Positions 50,683 to 57,780 of a stretch of DNA of 57,780 nucleotides are shown here, in pieces; position 1 is the stretch's first letter; every line of letters starts with the position of its first letter. Origin of the DNA: Nitrospinota bacterium. GTDB lineage: Bacteria; UBA8248. The notes under the pieces were generated by a model that did no database searches, was not told the origin of the DNA, and worked only from the letters and a program-made list of their open reading frames with translations. The stretch lies in assembly GCA_036231405.1 (NCBI GenBank), contig JAZAHK010000033.1:1-57780 (forward strand). Reading direction: 5' to 3'. The position numbers were made by a program, and so were the translations under genes.

Positions 50683-52095
50683 TTATTTTCCAATACAAAA
50701 CTCCGAAAATATTTTGTCTAAAAGTGACTTTCCATAATTCCTGCCAAGTAATTCTGAAAAAGCTTGGCTGGAATCATTTAAGTGTGAGGCTACTAGTTCT
50801 GGAGAATAATTTTCTTTGCACAAAGCAAAAGCATCTTTTAGCGAACTTCTAGCTTTTATGACTAAATTTTTATGCCGTTCATTCGTTAAAATAGCATGCA
50901 TTACACTTGCGTTCGCTGGTTTATTTCCGGTTAAAGTATTAAATATTAAGCTCTTAAGCGACTTAAACCCTCTATTATATAAGGCAGAGACCGAAACTTT
51001 TTTGCCATTCTCCTTTAATTTAAAAAATGGATCGGAAGTTAAAAGATCGATTTTATTCACGACAAACAAATATTTAACATCAAGTTTTTTCGCTTCTTTC
51101 TGTGCCCATTCTAGCTCATTTTCTCCAAGGCTTCCGTCTATAACTAAAAGACAAAGATCTGCAATTTTTGCAGCTTCATAAGCTCTCTTTGTTCCTTCTT
51201 TTTCTATAGAATCTAAGGTGTTTCTAAGACCAGCCGTATCTATAAATCGAACCGGTATACCGTTTACGTCACATACCTCTTCAATAGTGTCCCTTGTCGT
51301 TCCAGGGATTTCGCTTGTAATAGATCTCTCTTCTCCCAACAAATTATTTAGAAGCGTTGATTTGCCTGCGTTGGGCTTGCCAATTATTGCAACTCTCGCA
51401 CCTTCTCTTAATACCTTACCGGAAACAAAAGACTCTTCTAATTCCTTTAATGCATTGTCTGTTTCTATAAAGAAAGGTGTAAGCTCAGCTCCTTGCAAAG
51501 GCCTGTCTTTCATCAAAGGACCGGCACCAGGCTCAAATTCGTCAGGAAAATCAATAGATGCCTCAAGATGTGATCCAATTTCGACAATCTGTTGCCATAT
51601 TTCCTCTAATCGTGATGACAAATTTCCTTGTAACTGTGAAAGAGCTATCTTTGCAGAAGTTTTTGTTTCCGAAGAAATAAGATCAGCAACCGATTCTGAT
51701 TGAACAAGATCTATCTTCCCTTCCATAAACGCTCTTCTTGTAAACTCTCCGGGATTTGCAACTCTTGCGCCTGCTGAACAAGCAGATTCAATTAAAAGTC
51801 GATAAATTACAATGCTTCCATGACAAAACAATTCCACCAAATTCTCGCCTGTATAGGAATTCGGGGACTCATAAAATACTACTTGCCCTTCATCAAACAT
51901 TTCACCATCGACATCAACAAAATTTCCCAGAATGGGTGTTCTTTTCGGAAAATCTCGAAAGAAGGTCTTAGAAATAAAAATTTTATTTAAAATGGCCCTT
52001 GCATCAGGACCGCTGAGTCTAACCATAGAAATAGCTCCGCTCCCAACTGGGGTAGATAAAGCAACTATGGTTTCATTTTTAGAATAATGATTCAT
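50683..52095 (-). CDS. mnmE: tRNA modification GTPase MnmE
   Basis: SYTGE, GEFTRRAF, GKPNAGKS, GTTRD, DTAG, FCIGK. Confidence 0.97.
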   Translation of the reverse strand: MNHYSKNETIVALSTPVGSGAISMVRLSGPDARAILNKIFISKTFFRDFPKRTPILGNFVDVDGEMFDEGQVVFYESPNSYTGENLVELFCHGSIVIYRLLIESACSAGARVANPGEFTRRAFMEGKIDLVQSESVADLISSETKTSAKIALSQLQGNLSSRLEEIWQQIVEIGSHLEASIDFPDEFEPGAGPLMKDRPLQGAELTPFFIETDNALKELEESFVSGKVLREGARVAIIGKPNAGKSTLLNNLLGEERSITSEIPGTTRDTIEEVCDVNGIPVRFIDTAGLRNTLDSIEKEGTKRAYEAAKIADLCLLVIDGSLGENELEWAQKEAKKLDVKYLFVVNKIDLLTSDPFFKLKENGKKVSVSALYNRGFKSLKSLIFNTLTGNKPANASVMHAILTNERHKNLVIKARSSLKDAFALCKENYSPELVASHLNDSSQAFSELLGRNYGKSLLDKIFSEFCIGK

Positions 52096-52132
52096 TTTTT
52101 TCTTTCAAAATAGAAAAATCTTTATAAACAGT

Positions 52133-52894
52133 CTATGTCATGTATCGACCACCATTTATATCAAGCGTAACTCCTGTTATATAGGAAGCTCCAGGAGTAG
52201 ATAAGTACCAAATTCCGTCAGCAATTTCTTCCGCATCTCCCGGACGATTCATCGGGATCTCAGACATTAGTTTTGGTAGTCTTTCCTTGTGTAATTCAGC
52301 TACCCTTGGAGAAAGAACCACACCTGGCGCGACTGCATTAACTGTTATGCCATCCAAAGCAAGTTCACTAGCAAGTCTTCTTGTAAAACCCAAAACTCCA
52401 GCTTTCGCAGCACCATATGCCAATGAAGTTTCTGCTAGTCCCTCTCGAGCAGTTTGTGAAGAAACATTTACAATTCTTCCATACCCAGATTTTTTCATAG
52501 ATACAACTACTTTTCTTGTACATAAATAAACGGACATTAAATTCAAGCTTAATACTTTATCCCACTCTTCAGGACTGATATCTTCAAGAGAGGGGTTATC
52601 AACAAAACCACCTGCACAATTTACTAAAATCTGCACTGGTCCAAAATTGTTTAAAATCAATTCAAACACACGATCAACTGAATTGCTTTGCGTAACGTCG
52701 CATTTGTAGAATTTTGCATCCGCTCCATTAGAAGAAAGTTTTTCACAAAAAATTTTTCCTTTTTCGACATCTTTGTCTAAAATAACTATTTTTGCCCCCT
52801 CGGCTACAAAACGATTAACAACAGCTTCGCCAATACCCGCCGCAGCGCCCGTAATAACCGCTAATTGTCCCGAAATAGACGATCTTTTGTCCAT
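52133..52894 (-). CDS. SDR oxidoreductase (FabG-like); start ATG 52894
   Basis: TGAAAGIG, NCAG, YGAAK, NAVAPG, ITG..LDINGG. Confidence 0.88.
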   Translation of the reverse strand: MDKRSSISGQLAVITGAAAGIGEAVVNRFVAEGAKIVILDKDVEKGKIFCEKLSSNGADAKFYKCDVTQSNSVDRVFELILNNFGPVQILVNCAGGFVDNPSLEDISPEEWDKVLSLNLMSVYLCTRKVVVSMKKSGYGRIVNVSSQTAREGLAETSLAYGAAKAGVLGFTRRLASELALDGITVNAVAPGVVLSPRVAELHKERLPKLMSEIPMNRPGDAEEIADGIWYLSTPGASYITGVTLDINGGRYMT

Positions 52895-52898
52895 CAAT

Positions 52899-53525
52899 TT
52901 ACCTTTTTCTAAATTTAAATATCTTTTTTTGTACAACTTTTTTTAAACGCTCGATAGATTTAGAACCTTCCATCTTACTCTCTCCGACAAAAAAAGTTGG
53001 GGTACCTCTTACACCTAAGCCTAATCCAAGATCTTTTGTTTTTTTAATTTTTTCTAAATAATTTCTCTTTTTAAGGCATTTTTCCCACGCAGTTAAATCT
53101 GCCCCGCTACTTTTTGCAAAAGATTTCCATAATGATTCAGGATACCGGCTAGTTCTCCATTTTTCTTGTTTCTTATAAATGAATCTACTCATTTCTTCTC
53201 TTTGGTTAGAATCTTTCACACACAAAACTGCTTCAGCAGCGCGAAAAGTCAATTCCGACAAAGGAAAGGGCAACTTCTTTACTAAGACACGGCCATCATA
53301 TTTTTTTACAATTTCTCGAAGTGCATCCTGCACAACAGCACAATCCGGTCAACCATAATCAGAAAATTCTAAAATACATATTTTATTAGGAGAACAAAGC
53401 TTTTTAATAAAAGGTTTTGGATTGTAACGTGCTCGCGTATAATAATTTATGAACCCAATTATGAAAAAAATAGCAACAATAAAAACAATTGGGGCTAACT
53501 TTATTTTAATGCCGAAAATAGTCAT
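52899..53525 (-). CDS. Membrane-anchored DsbA/thioredoxin-fold putative selenoprotein (UxxC; TGA at 53349-53351); 208 aa
   Basis: ATG at 53525 gives MTIFGIKIKLAPIVFIVAIFFIIGF (TM)...ILEFSDYG-U-PDCAVVQDAL..., in frame with the track ORF carrying FPL and GVRGTPTFFV. Confidence 0.88.
53321..53333 (-). promoter_or_regulatory. Putative SECIS hairpin of the DsbA-like gene
   Basis: Stem GUGCA/UGCAC with loop GGA starting 21 nt after the UGA. Confidence 0.55.
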
Positions 53526-53555
53526 GATTTTTTGGCCAGCCTGCTCACAAAGTTG

Positions 53556-55259
53556 CTATTTGTCCTCTTCAGCAAGCTTTGGAGTTTCTACTGAACGGTT
53601 CACAAAAAACTGCTGTGCAATCGAAAGAACATTGTTTGCAAACCAATAGATCACAAGCCCCGAAGGAACAGGATAAAAAATAAACATCCCGCAGAAAATT
53701 ATAGGCATAAACATCATCATCTTCGCCTGCGAAGGATCTCCTGCTGTTGGTGTCATTTTTTGTTGAATGAACATCGAAATACCCATTAAAATTGTATAGA
53801 CATGGTATGGATCTTGTTTTGAAAGATCGGTGACCCACCAAATAAATGGGGCATTTCTTAATTCTATAGAAACCAAAAGACCTTCATATAAACCGAAAAA
53901 AATTGGCATTTGTATTAACATTGGAAGACAGCCCATCATCGGATTTACTTTATTTTCTTTATAAAGAGCCATTAACTGTTGGTTCATTTTAGTTTTGTCA
54001 TCTTTGTAAATCTCTCGAATTTGGGCCATTTTTGGCTGGAGTTTCTGCATGCCCTTCATATTCTTCATGCTGTAGTGTGTAAGTGGATAGAAAAGGAGTT
54101 TAATGATTATGGTCAACAGTATTATTGCAAAGCCCCAGTTCATTGTTACCGTATTGCAAATTCTCAAAGTATAAATAAGGGGCGATGCAACAAAAGAGAA
54201 AATGCCATAATCTAAGGATTCTTCAAGCATAACTCCGAGTTTCGACATACGTTGCACTTCCTTCGGACCAGCGTACAAATCCAATGTTGCCAGAACCCTC
54301 GAGCCTTTGATCTTTAAAGGAACAATCACAGAATAATCATCCACCTTGTCCTTGTTTGCTTTTAAAAGATATGTCTCCGCTCCTCCTGAATCAGTTCTTG
54401 GAACAAGGGCCGTTATGAAATACTTGGATTGCAAAGAGGTCCATTGTACATTTTTTTCAAATGTTTCCTCGGACTTGCTAGTATCAGCATACTGAATATC
54501 ATTATTCACAAATGTCATAGGCCCTTCTATAACGCCACCATATGTGTCCCCGTCGCTACCTCCAACTGCAGGGCCAAGCATAAGTCCTGTTTTCTTAAGT
54601 TTTTTAGCATTGTCTATACGAATAGTTATGGGCACCCTATAGCTACCAGAGTAAAAAGTTAAAGACTTTTCCACGCTTCCAAAAATTTCATCCTTATAGA
54701 TAAACGAAACTGTTCGTTTCCCTTTTCTAGGATCTATTTTAAATGTTTTGCTTTCGGTTATTTCCTGTCCGTCTACATAAATCTTATAAACTGAGTTATT
54801 TAATTTTTTAGGGTCTCCGGCTAAAAATAATGATTTGTTGTCCTTATCAAAACCTTTTGCAAGATCGATAAATTTTCCATTTTTATCTTTATAGTCCATG
54901 AGTTCCATTTGAACAAAACCAGCGCCATGATTCGTCATGCCATAAACGGCATTGCCCACGTCAACCTTAACAATCACCTCTTTGATATTTTTTAAGAGGG
55001 GGGTTGCTTTAGGTTTTGGATTGTCGGTTCGAGCAATAAAATTATTTTTAGGAGATCTCTTAGTGTCTATATTGGAATATCCCTTAATATCTATATCTTG
55101 CATTGATCTCCTTTGAGCGCCTGGTGATTTTTCTGTCGAAAGGCTTTTTGTCTTAGCGATCTGTTTGCTTTTCAAAGGCTCCTGTGGAACAAAAAAATAC
55201 TGCCAGCCCAACAACACTGCCAAAGAAAGAACGGCAGCTAAAATAGCATTTTTTTCCAT
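53556..55259 (-). CDS. yidC: Membrane protein insertase YidC
   Basis: YAGPK, NWGFAIILLT, NPMMGCLPMLIQMPIF, PSGLVIYW. Confidence 0.96.
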   Translation of the reverse strand: MEKNAILAAVLSLAVLLGWQYFFVPQEPLKSKQIAKTKSLSTEKSPGAQRRSMQDIDIKGYSNIDTKRSPKNNFIARTDNPKPKATPLLKNIKEVIVKVDVGNAVYGMTNHGAGFVQMELMDYKDKNGKFIDLAKGFDKDNKSLFLAGDPKKLNNSVYKIYVDGQEITESKTFKIDPRKGKRTVSFIYKDEIFGSVEKSLTFYSGSYRVPITIRIDNAKKLKKTGLMLGPAVGGSDGDTYGGVIEGPMTFVNNDIQYADTSKSEETFEKNVQWTSLQSKYFITALVPRTDSGGAETYLLKANKDKVDDYSVIVPLKIKGSRVLATLDLYAGPKEVQRMSKLGVMLEESLDYGIFSFVASPLIYTLRICNTVTMNWGFAIILLTIIIKLLFYPLTHYSMKNMKGMQKLQPKMAQIREIYKDDKTKMNQQLMALYKENKVNPMMGCLPMLIQMPIFFGLYEGLLVSIELRNAPFIWWVTDLSKQDPYHVYTILMGISMFIQQKMTPTAGDPSQAKMMMFMPIIFCGMFIFYPVPSGLVIYWFANNVLSIAQQFFVNRSVETPKLAEEDK

Positions 55260-55278
55260 CTAACAATTCCTCAAAAAG

Positions 55279-55509
55279 TCACTTCACCGGATCATTTCCG
55301 CCTTCACAGAACGGATTGCATCTAAAAACTCTTCTTAAAGTAAGCCAAAGGGCCTTAAAAGGACCATAAAGCGCAAAGGCTTGAAGAGCATATTCAGAAC
55401 AACTTGGGGTAAATCTGCAAGTACCTGGAAGAATTGGTGAAATTAGAAGTCGATACAGCTTAATGAAAAAAACAAAAGACACCGTTAGGGTTTTTGAAAA
55501 AAATTTCAC
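55279..55509 (-). CDS. yidD: Membrane protein insertion efficiency factor YidD
   Basis: ISP...CRFTPSCSEY, RCNPF..GG.DPV. Confidence 0.93.
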   Translation of the reverse strand: MKFFSKTLTVSFVFFIKLYRLLISPILPGTCRFTPSCSEYALQAFALYGPFKALWLTLRRVFRCNPFCEGGNDPVK

Positions 55510-55892
55510 CTGCTTGACCCTTTTATATTTTTATAAAAAGACAAAAAATCGTCAAGTTCGTTTTTTATATCTTCGAAATTACATTCATTTATTTCTGGCT
55601 TTGCAACAACCACTATTTCAAAACCACATTCTAATCTCAGGGAAATCTTTTTAAAAACTTCCCTTAAAAGTCTTTTTGCCCTATTTCTTCTCACTGAATT
55701 GCCGACATTCTTGGAAACAACAAGACCTAATCGGATCTTATTCAGTGAATTTTCAGAAACATAAAGAGAAAAGAGTTGAGTCTCGTACTTCTTGCCTTTT
55801 TTCATGGCTACAGAAAAATCAGAAGCGGACCTAATTCGAAGGTTAGGCGGAAATCTCAAGGAATTATTTCCCCTTAAACAAGAAATTGCCAT
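55506..55892 (-). CDS. rnpA: RNase P protein component
   Basis: RLGLVVSKNVGNSVRRNRAKRLLRE. Confidence 0.93.
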   Translation of the reverse strand: MAISCLRGNNSLRFPPNLRIRSASDFSVAMKKGKKYETQLFSLYVSENSLNKIRLGLVVSKNVGNSVRRNRAKRLLREVFKKISLRLECGFEIVVVAKPEINECNFEDIKNELDDFLSFYKNIKGSSR

Positions 55893-55898
55893 GACTTT

Positions 55899-56039
55899 CT
55901 AACCAGAAACCGTTATGCGTTTTCTCCCTTTACCACGCCGGCGGTTGACAATAGATCTCCCTCCGGCAGTTGCCATCCTCTTTCTAAAGCCGTGAGTTTT
56001 AATTCTTTTGTTTCTGCTTGGTTGATAGGTTCTTTTCAC
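55899..56039 (-). CDS. rpmH: 50S ribosomal protein L34 (46 aa; not in ORF track)
   Basis: GTG start; [46 protein letters not shown]. Confidence 0.96.
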   Translation of the reverse strand: MKRTYQPSRNKRIKTHGFRKRMATAGGRSIVNRRRGKGRKRITVSG

Positions 56040-56268
56040 CCAACACCTCATAAAAATATTTTTTTAATAAGAAAAACTGTTGCAAGTTATCCGACTCGAG
56101 TTGATTTTGTCAAGGAAAGATAAATAAAACAACTCTGGGATACAACTTAAAAAATAAAAATATTTCGTTTAAAAAAAGTGTGTTTATTTTTAAAATTTTT
56201 GTGTTGGTTTTTTTCTATATTATTGATAGATTGTGTTGCATAAATTAAACCCACCAATAGTGAAGATA

Positions 56269-57708
56269 ATGATTGAAACTTGGGACAGCTTTTTGCTAGA
56301 AATAAAAAAGGATGTCTCTGATGAAGCATTTCAGAGATGGTTTCAAAACACAAAACCAATTTTATTAAATGAAAAAGAACTTTTTATCGAAGTGCCCGAC
56401 TCTTTTTGCGCAGAAACTATCACAAATCGTTTTTCAAGAACTCTTGATGAAATTATAAAACAAAATGATTCTCTCTCCAAGATTCGATTTATTCCTTCAG
56501 AAAATAGAAAAAAGCATGAGCCAAAAGCCGAAAAAACAGACGAAGAGGCTCCAAAGAAAATAAAAAAACCTACGTTTTTAAATCCCAAATATTCTTTCGA
56601 TAGTTTTGTAGTTGGGGCCTCAAATGAATTTGCACATGCATGCAGCCTAAGAATAATAGAAGATTCTACAAAAAACCTAAACCCACTTTTCATTTATGGG
56701 GGAGTTGGTCTTGGGAAAACACACCTACTACATGCTATAGCCAACCAGGTACTCGATAAAAAAGAAAGGGCTAAAGTTTTTTACACCTCTTCCGAAAACT
56801 TTATCAATGATCTTATTTCTTCAATACAAAAAAACAAAATGGTAGATTTTAGATCTAGATACAGAAAAATAGATTTTCTTTTAATTGACGACATTCAATT
56901 TATAGCCGGAAAACAAAGAACTCAAGAAGAATTTTTCTTTACGTTTAACGCGCTTCACGAATCTGGCAAACAAATCATTATGACTAGTGATAAAAACCCT
57001 AAAGACACCCCTGGGCTAGAGGAAAGACTTAAAGCAAGGTTTGTTTGGGGAATAATGGCTGATATTGGTCCCCCTGATTTTGAAACAAAAGTAGCTATTA
57101 TCCAAAAAAAAGCTGCCGATTTAAATTTCAACATTCAAAAAGATGTGGCACATTTTATAGCGGAAAAAGTTAGATCTAATATCAGAGAATTAGAGGGCTG
57201 CCTCGTAAAGCTTGTCTTCCACTCCTCTCTACATGCTACAGACATTAACATTGAAGACGCAAAAGAAATACTAAAAAACACATTAAGAGATCCACAAAAG
57301 GGCATTTCGGTCGACGAAATACAAAAAATTGTTGCAGAATTTTTCCAGGTTAGGATTACAGACCTTAAATCAAAAAACAGATCTAGAACATTCACCGAAC
57401 CAAGACAAATAGCAATGTATTTATCAAGAAAATTTTCATCCGCATCTACAACAGAAATTGGGGCCAGATTCGGTGGAAAGGATCATTCCACAGTAATACA
57501 TTCAACAAAAAAAATAACAAACCAAATAAAAGAAAACACTCGCGTTGCGTCTACAATTAACTCTTTAACCGAAAAAATAGAGTCGCTGTTAATAAACAAA
57601 CAAATTTATTTTATAAATGTTTATAAATACACAAAAACGACAACTTATAAACAATACAAACAACATATTAACAAGTTATCTTCTATAAAAACAACAATAA
57701 CCCCCTAA
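56269..57708 (+). CDS. dnaA: Chromosomal replication initiator DnaA with a ~40-aa C-terminal extension; probable start ATG 56269
   Basis: NPLFIYGGVGLGKTHL, LLIDDIQF, NIRELEG, RQIAMYL, GGKDHSTVIH. Confidence 0.97.
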   Translation: MIETWDSFLLEIKKDVSDEAFQRWFQNTKPILLNEKELFIEVPDSFCAETITNRFSRTLDEIIKQNDSLSKIRFIPSENRKKHEPKAEKTDEEAPKKIKKPTFLNPKYSFDSFVVGASNEFAHACSLRIIEDSTKNLNPLFIYGGVGLGKTHLLHAIANQVLDKKERAKVFYTSSENFINDLISSIQKNKMVDFRSRYRKIDFLLIDDIQFIAGKQRTQEEFFFTFNALHESGKQIIMTSDKNPKDTPGLEERLKARFVWGIMADIGPPDFETKVAIIQKKAADLNFNIQKDVAHFIAEKVRSNIRELEGCLVKLVFHSSLHATDINIEDAKEILKNTLRDPQKGISVDEIQKIVAEFFQVRITDLKSKNRSRTFTEPRQIAMYLSRKFSSASTTEIGARFGGKDHSTVIHSTKKITNQIKENTRVASTINSLTEKIESLLINKQIYFINVYKYTKTTTYKQYKQHINKLSSIKTTITP

Positions 57709-57775
57709 TAAAAAAAAGATTATTTAGTTATTAACAAAAAAAACACCACTATTACTACTACTAATAATATATATA
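57587..57775. other. oriC: DnaA-box array plus DnaA-trio unwinding element
   Basis: TTATWAACA boxes at 57587 (rev), 57618 (rev), 57645 and 57728, plus ATATTAACA at 57665; then CTA TTA CTA CTA CTA ATA (57749-57766) and an AT run. Confidence 0.85.
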
Positions 57776-57780
57776 CCAAT

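Noticed and set aside
50446-51971. Plus-strand ORFs over mnmG and mnmE, and similar antisense ORFs elsewhere
   Set aside because: Antisense shadows of well-conserved genes with no recognisable motifs
56040-56268. Second DnaA-box cluster in the rpmH-dnaA intergenic region
   Set aside because: Only poor matches seen; a bipartite origin cannot be supported
1-57780. Genome-wide TGA reassignment (code 4 or 25) as the cause of the in-frame TGAs
   Set aside because: TGA is a genuine stop at expected C-termini (yicC, dnaN, yidD, nadE), Trp is encoded by TGG, and readthrough cases fall only at Cys-type positions
1-57780. tRNA (including tRNA-Sec), rRNA, CRISPR, prophage or defence systems
   Set aside because: None recognised by eye; selABCD are not in this window, so the Sec calls depend on the rest of the genome

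Overview
AT-rich bacterial chromosome segment that ends at the replication origin. The lineage cannot be determined from sequence alone; gene content suggests a marine deltaproteobacteria/Nitrospinota-like heterotroph (inference only). The right end carries the origin cluster (parB, parA, two parS sites, mnmG, mnmE, yidC, yidD, rnpA, rpmH, dnaA) followed by DnaA boxes and DnaA-trios. The rest mixes housekeeping genes (hemW, yicC, gmk, coaBC, udg, rarA, purE, tsaC, a displaced dnaN, nadE, bcp) with catabolic and transport modules (TPP enzyme, LLM monooxygenase, TAXI-TRAP, tupABC, peptide-type ABC, thiol dioxygenase, acyl-CoA enzymes). Main result: three ORFs that look truncated in the ORF track have an in-frame TGA at a Cys-type position, each followed by a similarly spaced SECIS-like hairpin. 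They are an O6-alkylguanine alkyltransferase (PUHR), a UGSC protein (UGSC) and a DsbA-like protein (UPDC), so they are probably selenoproteins. Second result: a perfect 34-bp in-frame inverted repeat links the UGSC neighbour gene to a chimeric molybdo-hydroxylase fragment, possibly an invertible segment. Other points are non-canonical DnaA boxes inside an extended dnaA ORF, a PTPS-II plus SDR pair, and a split NAD synthetase.
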